Notes under the pieces: generated by a model
Databases searched by the model: none
The model's input: only the letters and a program-made list of their open reading frames with translations
What the model was told of the DNA's origin: nothing
Program-made: the position numbers and the translations under genes
Part shown: piece after piece, positions 26,016 to 38,600 of the stretch
Layout of the letters: each line of letters starts with the position of its first letter
How positions within the stretch are numbered: the first letter of the stretch is position 1
Assembly (NCBI GenBank): GCA_000708835.1
Contig: DF237228.1
Location: forward strand, 51,512-115,511
DNA from: Klebsormidium nitens
Taxonomy: Eukaryota; Plantae; Klebsormidiophyceae
Direction of reading: 5' to 3'
Length of the DNA: 64,000 nucleotides

Positions 26016-28583
26016 TCATGTAGAGTCGTACAAGGTGACCAGAAGCCAAAGTCGTCTGACATCAATCAAACTTGAAGCAATGTGGCCTGGAAGCAAGCGC
26101 TGAGATACATGAGCAAATTTCGCCCGCAAGGAGGATACCGAAGAGAGGGAAACAGAGAAAACAGAAAGCTAACCCGCTCAAGAATCGTGTCCCATGGCGG
26201 TGCCTGCTTCAATGTGAGCCGTGAAAGAACCTTGAAAACTTTCTTCCCCTCAACAAGAGCTTTGATGAGACAGAGTTAAAGCCTTCAAGACAAGGACCCA
26301 AGGCAAGCAGATTACCCACTCTCAACAACAAATGTTTGGTGACTGTACAAAGGGCGAAGCGACCATCCCGGTCTCAAGAAATTGGAGCAGGCATATTGGC
26401 GTGCATCTGGCCCAGCAGCTCCGTCAGTCGCATGTGGCAAGGTTCGTCACTCCTCCTGCCTGGCCGCCTGTACCGAACCCTGGTCACATGCTCACCGCCG
26501 CAAACGGAGGTCGTAGCCACCAACTCGTAATACTGCACAGAAAGAACGAAAATCTTGCCTGAGAATGCAGGGAAGCACAAAACCGCTGAGACAATACGTC
26601 TGAGGATTGCAGGGCACTTGCTATGCTGCAAAAGAAGACTTTATTTGCAGGTGACAGATGTATACAAGACGCAACCACAGGGTAGAGCGTGAGTTAAGAC
26701 ATTCAGGCCAGCCACAGTGGGCCCAGGAGACCCTAAATGCTCAATAACAAAACACGCCCGTCGGTAGCTCCTTCTTCCCAAATTCTACAACCGTTCTTTG
26801 ATAGACAATCTTCTGTAATGTAATGGCCAATCTTTATTTGTTACGTCCAGGCCCGTACTACGGTACACCCAGGCCTGTCAGGCGAGCAAAGGGACCTTCC
26901 TCAAACCTCCAGATCAGTTCCTGGCCTGTTCCAGCGAGGCTGCGACAGGAGTCTCGCCGGTCCCCCTCACCTGGCACACCCCATGCAGCATGAGCCGGTG
27001 GAACGCATCGTCCAGCTGCATTTCCAGGTCGTCGCAGGCGCCTGCTCCCTCTTCCAGGCCCGCGTCTGCGTACGCGCCCACTGCCGCATCCATCTCGTGC
27101 AGGAGTGGCCAGTCCGCCCCTCGACGCAGGGCCTCCCGCAGCCGCCGCTCCACCGCCTTCCACCGCCGCTGAGCCACAGCCAACGAAGTGACCAGCTTGG
27201 CTGCAGAGGGGGGGGCAGCACCCCGGAGGAAGGAGTCCTGACAAGAAGAGGATGAGTCATCGAGCTTCCGAGACAAAAGATGTCAAGATTTGTAAAATGC
27301 CTCCAAGGCTTGTATTAAAGCCAGCGCCTTTTCTCAAGTCAACACCAAGAAAGCTGCAGACCATTAAAATCAACCCTTGGATTTTAATGGTGACAACTGC
27401 TAGGTCGAAAGCCTTTGAACTGGGGCTGAGTTGTCTGACTAATTGTGGCTGCATGGTAAGTCTCAACAGAGACGACCAGACGGGCAACAGGTTTCTGCCT
27501 GCGAGACTTCCCAATCATGTTTCTCAACCTTTCAATAAATACGGAGAGTCCCTTTCTTCAGAGGCTCTCCAAGAGTCATGCAGTGATGAAGTCTGCCATG
27601 TGCTACCTACGAAGGGATAATGACAGCGGCAGCGACAGCGAGCTCCCAGAGCAACGAGGAGGCCAACTTGACCACCTCTCACTTTAGCGACGTAGTACTA
27701 ATTCCTTCACTGGGCACAACCACTGACGAGGACGCGCAAGTGGGGAGGAGACTGCGAACTGAATCTTTCCTATACATATGAATGTTCCAAGTTCGTACCC
27801 CTCACAAGCAAAACCAGCATTCTACCTCACCTCGTAGCCCTATGCGGGCCTGTGCATGCCACCCTATCAGCATCCAAACAACGGTTAGCCCTGCTGATCC
27901 TAGCCTTTCCGCACCTGCATGTCCATGTCCACTTGGCGGAATGGCTCCCATGCTCTGGCCGCCTCATTGTCCGCGGTGGCCTCCGTGATCCTGGCCAGGA
28001 CGGTGGCCTGCACCTCCCCAAAGGGCGGGGGCGCATACAGCATGGCCATCTGGTCCGCATCCAGGGGCCCTGCCAAGTCCTGCAGCAGCTTCTCGTTTGC
28101 ATACCGCCGGAAGGCCCGCTTGCCAAGCTGCATCACAAAACCGCCCAACACTCAGCGCCACAAAGCAAGGTTCTGAAACCTCAACAATCATTAGAAGCAA
28201 CCTTCTTGGACGGTGGATCATAGCTTCTCAAATGACTTAGCAGACATGAGCCAGCTTGATCTCCTCCCTTCCTACACAAGGACCAGCCTCTCTAACTGCA
28301 TAACAACCAAAGGTTTTGTGCCCAATCTCCAAATCATGCGCCCGATCGTCTGCAAAGCGGGCGCAACCAGCCCTACGTTGTTTACAAGCAACCCGGGTGA
28401 CCTTACCAGGAAGTCCAACCTCCTCTCCTCCTCCGCTTCCGCCCTTGCAGCCATGCTGGTCGACCCAGACGCCCCTTTGCGCTTGTGCCCCTTCCTTCGC
28501 CGGCCTTCTTGTGGATCCACATCTGCCGCCCAAAGCTGCGCCAGGCTCGACGTCATCAGGAAGGGGCCGCGCATTTCCTCCAT
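26016..28583 (-). CDS. Hypothetical multi-exon protein; boundaries approximate
   Basis: GC-rich coding-like segments with splice sites: MEEMRGPFL...RRLDFL|, AFRRYANEKLLQDL...DMDMQ|, DSFLRGAAPP...LHGVCQ|AWVYRSTGLD, and a possible last exon RLLPGH...LYDST*. No family recognised. Confidence 0.5.
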
Positions 28584-28628
28584 GCTGAACAGAGACCGAC
28601 CTGCGTCCAGGAAGCACTCAAATCTGAA

Positions 28629-28855
28629 CAACTAACCATCTGATGAACGGCATAAAAAGAGCCAAGCACAAAGCGCCACGTGTCCCCCCCTTCCGGCAAG
28701 GCTCGCTGCCGCGCCGCGCCACGGTCGCCTGAAAGTCCAGCGGGCAGTCGAACCGGGCTATTAACCGAGCGCCATTTCGGGCCGGAGACTCGCTGAGTCA
28801 GTTAAAACCCAGTGAGTTTGCCAGGGTGGCTGGGCCGTCCGATCGTGTTACTGGA
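28629..28855. promoter_or_regulatory. Conserved intergenic block, copy 1, between divergent genes; homologous to 33694-34024
   Basis: 28629-28729 aligns to 33694-33795 at roughly 85% by eye (caactaaccatctg.tgaacggcataaaaa...gctcgctgccgcgc). The ctgagtcag...tgccaggg...cgtgt.actg segment is also shared. Confidence 0.6.
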
Positions 28856-29229
28856 ATCCGGTTAGCCTTAACTATTGACATCAGGCTAGTGATTGCAGGG
28901 ATGGCCACCCCTTCCCTTGCAGCTCCGCGGGGTAGCGGCGCACTTTGAGGGGGGGCGCTGTCCTGGGGGCTTCACCACGCATCCTTCGCCATGACGCCAA
29001 CGTACTCGCCCAGCGTGCACTTTAACATCTGCTTGACGACGCCCTTGCCATTCCCTGTATGAAGAGCATTCACAGAGTGTGGTCAGATGATGAAGCCCTG
29101 GAAGTAATTTGATATGCCAGAGAACACGTAGAGCACTCAAACCAATATCCGCCAACGACTTTCAATGTGACGGATTGTCCGGCGGGTCATGCAGTCAATT
29201 CTCTCCGAGTCCCAGACTGGAGTAGGTAC

Positions 29230-32200
29230 ATGAAAAGAAGCCGTGCAGAAAGGGTGGCAGGAGTGAGAGAGCTGCCTCTGCCACTGAGAAGGATGTCACT
29301 TTTTCCATCGGATTCTGAGGAGGGAGCCGTCAATTCACTATTAAAGCCGAAGGAGAAGCAGCCGATGGCTACAAAGGCGTTACCCAAGGAGGGATCCTTT
29401 TTGTTGTGTGCCAAGGACGAGGTCACAGGGGAGCAGCTCACTGTTCGAGTTAGGGCCGATAGGATTGATGCGGGGCGGGCGGAGGAGTTGTTGGAGTCTG
29501 AGTACAGCGAATTTTACTCAGAACCTGAGGTCGGGGCTCCTTTCTCACTGTCATGCCATTCAGACATCGCATTTGAGATAGTTCAAACTGTGTGCTGTTC
29601 TACCTTCTTTGTCGCACTTTAGCAGATTGCCTTTGTCCTTACTTGCCAGTCACTTTCCAATTCCGCTCATGAAAGTTGTTGATCATACCTGCGCCATTGA
29701 ATCTTGTTGGCATGGCATACTCAATACGGCTCAGCTTCTTGTGTGCAGGAATCGGGCCTGCCAGAAGAGGCTCTGGGTGGCATAGCGGGTGTGGTCGTAC
29801 TCGATGTTGACACATGCTCGTCTGGACTCAAGAACTTTAAGCAGTGGCTGTGGAAGGGCATCAGCTCGCTGACTGGCTTGGATGAGGAGGAAAAGCGTGA
29901 TCTGCGTCGACTTGCGAAAGACCTTGAGGTGGGTGCGTTATGCTTGCACGCAGCTGCACAGTAGAAAGGGTTTGAAATTGTAAGGGGCCTGGTTTGGACA
30001 AGGCGGGGTAAGTTTGATCAATGCTGAGAAGAGCAGCAGGCAAGCAAGCAGTAAAGTTCCACATACTTGTCCACACATGCGGCCAATAGAGGAAGCACTC
30101 AATTGTTTTGAGTCTCTCAAAGTATGCTGAGGCCCTTAGCATGTTTTTAGAGATTGCTGATCTGTTCTGGAGTGGCTGTGTCTGATTTCGTGCAATATCT
30201 GAATCTGAATTCGATTGTGTGCACTGTTACCACCAACCAGCTCGCTAGCAAGCACTTTTTGCAGCTGCAATGCATAACTTAGGGATACAAGACCAGTCTG
30301 GACATTTTAATGCTAGCCCATACCCGTAGTCTGCATGGATGTCTAGAGTTCTGCAGAAATTTGTTTGGTGCCCTGTTGAGCCACTTCATCTCCTTGCAGA
30401 TGGGACAGCTGGAGCGCCAGCTTGCCAACAAGAAAGCGCGAGTCAGTGACGTTCTTCCAGTGCCAGTGCCCGAGGCGGGGGCGGCTGCGAGGGCCTTGTC
30501 TGAGCGCGACAACCATTCAGCCGCTGCTGCTGACGAGCAAGGTCATGACAGTCTGGTCACGGAGAAAATTGCCAAGGACCTGGATGGTGAATATGATTCC
30601 TATACTGCAGGTAAGAAGAGCTTGGAGAGTCATTTTGATAAGGGAGCAAGGGAAACTCATTTTCATAAGGGATCAAGGTTTCTTGTCTTGCTGCAGGCGC
30701 TTCTGACATCATAGAGACTAGTCCCTTGCTCATGTTTCCTTGCACTTTGCAATTTGGTCCAGGTTGTCCATTTCATAGGTTCTCCACTTGGCCAGAAGCG
30801 AAGCATAAGTGATCTACGGAAGGAGTCTGGTTCAAAGGTAACTCCCAACATTGCTCTTCTGCAGGGCTTGAAACAATTGTGCTCGGGTATACGCGTGCAC
30901 TGAGTAAGCTGACCGTGGCGGAACTCCAGAGCTATTGCAAGGCATACAACATCAACCTCCACGTGACCAAGAAGGAGGACTCTAGGCACATCTTTACAAA
31001 GCGCTACTACACCAGCTTCGTCACCGCACCAGAGGCGGTGGAGCACTTTGAGGTTTCCAATGGGCAGCCACTCGTGGCGGGGAAAGAAGTCGAGCAGACG
31101 CTACCAGCTCTCAGGCGCTGGTGGCCGTACATGGAGAAGCATGGTGTGGTGAGATGCGTGCCCTTGAAACTTCAACAAGGGTCATTTCCTTGAGGGGTTC
31201 AAATGGGTTTGATGACTTGTTCCATCAAGGTACGTTAGAGCCAACTCTTTGGGGGAAACAAATAGCTCCGATAAGTTCTTCCATCTAAATGCATCAGAGA
31301 AGGCGGATTCATGGCTGAGATACTTGAAGGAGGCTGCAATATTTGGGAGATGCAGTTGTCTGTTCAGTGGATGTGGCCGATATAGGGACTGCTGCTCGTG
31401 CTCTCCCATGGCCGTTGATGACATGTAGACTGCTGCTTCTGACCAGTAGGCACCAGGACCGCCGATGTCTGCCTTTAGAGGTTTGCTGTCTGTCCTTGTA
31501 TGCTTTCCTTTCTAATCAAGCAGCTCATGTTGTCGGGGTCGAAGCGGGAGACTCATCATCCCCAGCTGATGATGTGTCTGAGCTGTTGTTGGGGTTGATG
31601 TGTCACCTGCTTCTTAGTTCTTTGAAACATTTTATCGCTGCAAAAGCTTTTTGAATCGCTGCTTATTGCAATTCAATTGGAATCTAACAATCTCAGGTGG
31701 CCCTTCGCAGAAATTCTACGAGCCCCAAATCACCTCCCAGACGTCGGGCATTCAACTCCAGTCCGTCTTCCGCGCGAACCAAGGAGTTACGCCGCCTGTC
31801 ACGCTCAGCGGAAGCCCTGACGTGATCTTGTCGGGAAGGCGGCGGGGTGATGATGGGGAGTGGCTGCGGCCGGCCATTTTTGATGATGAGGGCCACCGAA
31901 CACCCCGGGAGGATGGAACACTGACGAACTGGAAGACTGCGCTTACGAAGGAGGAACTGCGGCTCGCGCTGGAGGAGTCGCCTGCTGTCATCGAGGCAAA
32001 ACCAAGCGATTCGGCCCTGGCGGCGGCACAGGTAAGATCTGCTTTCAAGCAAGTGCAAGATCGGTACTTCGATGTCGTTGGTTGCATTTGGAAGGTCTTT
32101 GACATTGGGTAGTGTTTGTGGCAGTGCAGTCAACGGTTTTCGAGTTGGCACTTGTCTGACAATTCTGAGACAACATTTGTCTGACCGTGAACTTAGACTT

Positions 32201-32600
32201 GTTGTCATATGCTTCGAGGTCCTTAGGAGCGTTGCCTATAGTGGACTGGACGGCTTCATCGAACTTGTCGAAGTGAAGGCAGTATCTAATGAGCAACCAG
32301 CTTTCTCAGTTTGCGTACTGGCGTTTGCAGTTGTTTTCGGGAACAATGTGCGCAAACGCGTTCGCATCTGGACCGGTTATCATGGTGAGAACGGACTTCT
32401 TCCGGGAGTACGACATCTGCGCTCCGGAGGACCGCCACCTCACGCTTTACAGGGACTTGCCGGCCAATGTTGCTTTGCCGTTCATCATCAAGTGGCTCAA
32501 GACTCCGAAGCACCTGCTGCCGCATCGGTGCGCAGCGGGAAGGCTGTTCATATGTGGAGCCTTGATCGCGCTCGAACCGAAGCAAAGGAGACGGCATTAG
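29230..32600 (+). CDS. Multi-exon protein with a SAP-like motif and a C-terminal PD-(D/E)xK restriction-endonuclease-like domain (Crinkler/RHS effector-like)
   Basis: Phase-compatible exons. LSKLTVAELQSYCKAYNI is SAP-like. TLSGSPDVIL...PAVIEAK...ALAAAQ|LFSGTMCANAF...VIMVRTDFF has the REase-fold D...ExK...AQ...TD pattern. Confidence 0.6.
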
Positions 32601-32784
32601 TTGAGCAAAACAAGGCCCTAAAAGAGTACCTCAAATGATATTGGAGCCAGTGGTACAACGCGGCTTTTGCTTGGAGCATGTTCAGCGTTTTTGGCACGAT
32701 TTGATTGGGAGCCTAGAAGTGAAACGGCTTGTACAATTGGCCCTCAAGGTCTGGCCATTTGATGTTCATGCCTGGCGGCCGCTT

Positions 32785-33505
32785 AGTCAATGACGTCAAC
32801 AACCAAACACGTATTATGCACTGCGGTTGGTTGCATCAACCCTGTCCAAGTGTCCAGGCTTTGCCATCATTTTTGAACCGGCTTCACCAATAACATCATT
32901 AGTCGATTCAATTTTGATGTAATCCGCTACGATTGATTGCACGAACCCCATCCAAGTGTCCGAGCATTTGGAGGCAGCTTAGTCAATAACGTCAACAAAC
33001 AAACACGTATTATACACTGCGGTTGATTGCACCAACCCTGCTCAAGTGTCCAAGCATTGCCATCATTTTTGAGGCGGCTTCACTACTGACATTGTCGCTC
33101 GATCCGTTTTCAGTGTTATCCGCTATGATTGATTGCATGAACCCCGTCCAAGTGTCCAAGCTTTTGCCGTGATTTTTGAGGCGGCTTCGTCGATGACGTA
33201 AGCAACTAAAACGGCCGGTACTGTGCGCTACGGTTGATTGTACGGACCCCGCCCAAATGTCCAAGCTTTTGCCATTATTTTTCGACCGGGCTTCACTGAT
33301 GACGTCAGCAACCGAGCCAACAATCCATGCCCGGAGTCACCCGCTGCAATTGATTGCATCAACCTGTCCAAGTGTCCAAGCTTTTGCTATGATCTTTGAG
33401 GCGGCTTTGTTGATGACGTCAGCAAAACGTGTAGTATGCGGTACCGCTGACTGCACAGATCATGTCCAATTGTTCAAGCTTTTTGCCACTATTTTTCGAG
33501 CGGGA
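32785..33505. repeat. Degenerate tandem array, 7 units of ~90-115 bp
   Basis: Core gattgca..aaccc.gtccaagtgtccaagcttttgcc.t.atttttgaggcggcttc recurs at about 32846, 32952, 33041, 33148, 33252, 33368 and 33465. Units 1-2 and 3-4 form a dimeric higher-order repeat. Confidence 0.85.
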
Positions 33506-33693
33506 TCAATGACCAGGTTTTGTTCGGCGACTCATTGAAGAAGTAACCGTTGCGAAAACAAGTACATTCATCCTAACAGTATTGGTCTATGTTCTAATTG
33601 TGATTTACTCGTATATATTCGTACTTAAGACCAAGATAACACGGTGTGCGCTTTGACGGGTCCTCGTCAAAGCGGCCTCCTCTCTTCGTCCTA

Positions 33694-34070
33694 CAACTAA
33701 CCATCTGTTGAACGGCATAAAAATCTGCCAGCCACAAAGCGCCGCGTGCCCCCCCTTTTCGGCGAGGCTCGCTGCCGCGCTGCACCAAGGTCGCCCCGAA
33801 CACCTGCAGGGTCAGTGACAAGTTGGCACTGACCCAACTTCGGAACCCGCCACTGACCTGATAGCCTGATAACCCTATAGTTTCGTCGTCCGAACGAGCC
33901 TTTGCCGTCCAATTGCGAGCAGCGCGCGCAGATTCACTGACTGGGTCGTCACTGAGTCAGTGACTCGGACTCTGACTCAGAATCCATTGCCAGGGATGGA
34001 TGGCCTTACGATATCGTGTCACTGAAGGGAAAGGACGACTCACCGTCCGATAAACCTTCAGGTGGTTGCA
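33694..34070. promoter_or_regulatory. Conserved intergenic block, copy 2, upstream of primase-helicase copy A
   Basis: The left part matches 28629-28855. The motifs gccgtcc.at.gcgagcagcgcgcgca and gaagg.aaggac..ctcaccgt..gataaa match 45671-45855. TGAGTCA/TGACTCA occur at 33953 and 33973. Confidence 0.6.
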
Positions 34071-34359
34071 GAATATGAAAAAGGCGGGCCCGACTCGGCA
34101 GTCTCAGCCTGGTTCGACAACTTCTGGAAGCTTTAGTCAGCCATAATCTGAGTCAGCACTCGGAAGCTTCGAAGCTTGGAAGCTTCTGAGTCCAAGCATA
34201 GTCTAGAAAGAAAAGCGGATTCACGTAAGCAGAAGCAGAGCAGGGAGAGGTTCTTCAAGCACAACCTTACGTACGACTGGCCTAGCTGCTTGAAACATGG
34301 GTATTAATGTCGGATCTTTCATTCGAAGATAAGCATTCTCCAGACCTCATTTCAATCGA

Positions 34360-35690
34360 ACGACGGCTCGGACAGTACTTTGGCAAGAGCTCACAATCTC
34401 GAATTCCGCCGTGGACGGGAGTCACGCTGTCCATCTAGAGGAACCCTCATCTACGAATCTGTCTTCGTGGACGGCTCGGACAGCACTTTCGCAGAGAGCT
34501 CGCAATCTCGAATTCCGCCTTGGACGGGAGTGCTGTCCATCTAGAGGAACTCAATCACGAATCTGCCTTGATAGACGGCGTGGACGGCTTGGACAGCACT
34601 TTGAAAGATGTCACAATCTTCATTCTTGATAGTTGTAGACGGGAGTGTTGTCGATCCAGAGAGAGGCTCATCTAGGAAATTGCCTCGATGGACAGCTTGG
34701 ACGGCTCGGACAGCACTTTGGCACGGAGCTCAAAATATCGATTCCCGCCGTGGATGGCAGTGCTGTCCATCTAGAGGAACTCTCATTCACGAATTTGTCT
34801 TCATGGACGGCTCGAACGGCTCGGACAGCACTTTGGAAGAGTAGCTCATTCGTATTCTGTTTCCAGCTTCACCACCATGGAGAGCGATGGCGCAATGCTT
34901 TGGCTTGCAACCTACCAGGCTGTGGACTTTTAGGGTTCGAACGTACACGTGATGACGTTTTGCAATTGGTGCCTGGTATCTTTGGCTCATAGCCTGGATA
35001 TTCCCAAGTCCACCTTGAACATTTGTTGGGATTGGCCGTCTGCTTCACGCACGTCCTGCCTTTCTGCCTAACTGCAAGACTGAAGAAACATTGGCCCTTT
35101 TTTGTGACAAGCCGCCTTGCATATACAACATGCCCTGAATCTACTATCGAATGCAGGGGTCGGAAAACTCTGGAAACCACTCGACATCGTCTGATGGTGA
35201 CGATGCGAAGGTGCTGACGACGAGTCTTCTGAATCGAAGGACGAGGAGACTGCATCGGACAAGGAGATGCTGGACGACCTTTCACAGCCGGTTGATTCCA
35301 CACATGACCATCGCCTTGCGGACCAAGAAAGAGAGATGGGAGCAAGTACGTTGGTGAGCCGGAGCCTACTCGAGTGCAGCTCAATTAGCGTCTCTATTCA
35401 CGTATTTCTCTCTCACTGACAAGACTTTGGAATTAGCTCACGATCTTGACTTGGATCCTTCGATGGATAGTGATGCAGTCCATCTAGCTCATCTACCAAT
35501 TCGTCTTCATTGACAGCTTGGACAGCTGAGCCAGCACTTTGAAAAGAGCTCACGAATCCGATTCTGGCCTCGATACCGGCCAGGAGCGGACGGGACTGCT
35601 GTCCATCTAGAGAAACTCTTAACTACGAACTTATCTTCATGGACAGCTTGGACGGCTCGGACAGCACTTTGGAAGTAGCTCATGATTTCG
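34360..35690 (+). repeat. Arrays of a ~100-120-bp repeat (GGACGGC/GGACAGC triplet + CTGTCCATCTAGAG), forward orientation: 34360-34850 and 35420-35690
   Basis: Unit consensus ...gtgctgtccatctagaggaa.ctc.tctacgaatt.gtcttcatggacggcttggacggctcggacagcacttt...; about 5 plus 2.5 copies. Confidence 0.85.
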
Positions 35691-38600
35691 ATTCGGCTTC
35701 GCCTCCGTCATTGGCCTTCGGAGGTTTAAATTGGACCCTGTGCTGTGGGCTCACAACTAAGTTGCAGACTTGTGTGTTTGATTCTGACGATGTGTGCAAT
35801 TGGTGCAGGGAGCCGCAGCTCGCGACTTGGTTGCCAAAGGCTATGTCGTGTTCACGGCAAGCACCCAGTGGGACCCCAAGGCAAAGAGAGGGAAGGGAGG
35901 AAAGAAAATGATACCCCCACGAGATTGGCCGGCCTCTACCTTAGCAAATTGCCTGAGCGACCGCTTCTTCCAGCCCTATAATACGCTGCTGATCAACACG
36001 GCAGCTTGCTCTCTGAGAGACCGAGCACGGCGCGTTTGATGCTCCTCGAGTGCGCACGGGCAGCGGGGGAGTACACGTCTACTTCTCTTATGGAAGAAGC
36101 CTTGAATCGGGGCTGGGCGTCGAGACGCCGACCCACTTTGCAAAGCTGGAAGCTGAGGGTCCGAGATCCGGTATCAAGAAAGGAAGTTTTGAAGAAGGTG
36201 GGAGTCGACTCGCATGAGGGGCGTCAGTTCGAACGGTATGATCGCTTGCCCGCCTTCATCGTAAGAGCGACTTGGGGAGATAGCCCGGTACACCGTTGAT
36301 GGTGGAGGCGAGCTCCCCCCGGCAGAAGATCTGCCCCCTCTTCCGAAATGGTTGATCGGGATTCTGAACGAGCGAGTGGCGAGGGGCTCTGGGGAGCGCG
36401 CGAGACGGCCATCAGAGGTCCCAAGCAGGGCGGAATCCAGCGCGAGGGCCAGCGCCGTACTCGGGGCGCCGGATCTGACGGATCTTGGATTGCAGCAGGA
36501 AGTGGTCGAGGTGATGCGGGGCATGCTCAGCAGTTTTGGCGACAACTCCTCCGTCTTCTCGAAGGCAGAGTTGAGCACGGTTGCCGGTCTAGGGGTGGTA
36601 ATGTATCACTGGCGGAACGGTGCGGAAGGGCGAGTGTGTCCGTATGCGGAGGATGGGGCGCAGCCGCACAGCAGCAACAACTTTGGGCTCCTCAGGAGAG
36701 GGACGGAAATTACCTACGTGTGTCACAGCCAGCGGTGCAAGACCGGCGACGGCTGCCGCAACAAGAGACTCGGGCGTCTCATGTTTCCGGTGGCCGCATC
36801 TTTCTCGGATGCTTTTCCGCTGAACAGCGACCGCGATCGATTGTACAAGAATCGAGAACTGCTCCCCCTCTGGTTCTTGCGGCAGAACCTCTCGGTTTTG
36901 GCAGGTGAGGCGCGCTTCGAAGACTATCACGACTAGTTGCTATCAAGTAAAAGATTTATAGGTTTGTCCAGATTGGACAGACTTCCAGTTGAAAAAACTT
37001 GACTTCGTCCATTTGGCGGACGAAGTCAAATTCGAGGGACCCTGCCAGTGCGACCCTCGATGCCCCCCAGTCACAAGTGCACAAAGTCAGGTGACTATTA
37101 CCAACCTCTTGCAAGTTCGCTCTCGCAATTTTTGTGGCAGAAACTAACGGGTTTGACAAGTAAGTTGCGCTTCAAACAACACGTCAAAGTTGGATGACCC
37201 TCAGATCGCAAAATCCAGAATTGACTGTATTCCCGGTATACAGCATCCGGAGGTCCGTCCAAATTTGGACGGACTTCAAATTCGAAGGTCCCGGTCAGCG
37301 CCCCAACCCGGTCACCTGAGCACAAGGTTTCCATACATACAACTTCTTGCAAGCCTGTGCTCTTGCGTTTTATGCAGACCGGAGCCAATATCCATTTCTT
37401 GACTTACCTTCTGAGAACAGATTGAAGAAAGTCGGAATCAAGGACCACGTAGGGAGAAAAAGTATCAATTGCAATGGTTTGCAGGGAGCCGTGCACGAAC
37501 TGCTTCTTAGGACAAGTGACTGGCCGCCCGTAAACATATACTGTGGACGTGGGGTCGCCCCTCGCTTGTCAATTGACAAGTCGATGACATTTCGTTTGAG
37601 GTGATGAGGGAGGGGCGCTCATCATCGATCGCTTGCAGACGTACGCGGGCCGCAATCTCGTCTTCTGCAACGAGAAGTGGTTCTACTACAACGGGTCGAT
37701 TTGGGTGGTGGACGTGGCTGGGCGAGTTGCGAGCCAAATCTGCCGCGGGGAGCTCAACAAGATCAGCAAGGCGTACAAGAAAGAGACCGCGTCCGAAGCC
37801 GAAGGCGGAGGTTCGCAAGCGGAGGAGGAGAAAAGGCCCAGGAAGGAGAAGCTCGTGAACTTCAACTTCAACGCCAAGATGAGCCAGATCATGACGACTC
37901 TCAAAGGATATTGCCTGGAGCCTGCGTTCGAGGAGGCGCTCAATACCAACAGAGATGCGCTTCCTCTTCAGAACGGCGTCGTCTTGCTGGAGAGCGGGAT
38001 CCTGGTGGCACACCATCCGAAGGTGGGTATATGGTTCTTTTCACTACCAAGAACACCGAATACTTCATCGACACACGCTTCTCTGAAGTGCTTGCGCTCT
38101 GTCGTCAAGAAGCAGAAAGACGATCTTAATCCAGATAGCGGGCATCTGCCAAGTGGGTTCTCCCAACACCCCTGATTGAGATCTGGTGACTTTACAACGT
38201 TGTTAACATGTTTTGCCTTTGTTTATTTGTGTGATGGTCACCAGCACGTCGTGTACAGATATCTTTGGGGGCTGTCTGATCGATGCAGATCCTCAAAACC
38301 ACTTGCAGAGTTTTGCATTGCGTTGGTATATCACTTGATTCTATCCACTTTTCGTCTTGCAGTATCTCTGGTCTTTCAAGCTTCCCGTCCGGTGGCCGTC
38401 GACCGGGCTTGCCACGCCGCTGGGCAAGACGGGCGACTTCCTCCGTCAGATCACGCACACTCCAGAGGCGCTTGCTTATCTCCAGCGCATCCTCGAATAC
38501 GGTTTCACGGGGCACATATCCAACCAGGTCATGCTGACGATGATCGGGGAAGGCGGAGCGGGAAAAAGCCTTCTGTTGGCTCTGTTGAAGCGAGTGATCG

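Noticed and set aside
32785-33505. CRISPR-like look (conserved cores with variable spacers)
   Set aside because: The spacers are related to each other in a dimeric pattern, the cores are degenerate and ~55 bp long, there are no cas genes, and the context is eukaryotic.
34360-34850. Short ORFs made of WTARTA/DGSDSTL repeats here and at 35639, 39364, 50095, 54096 and 55464
   Set aside because: These are translations of the non-coding ~100-bp repeat, and the frames are not conserved between units.
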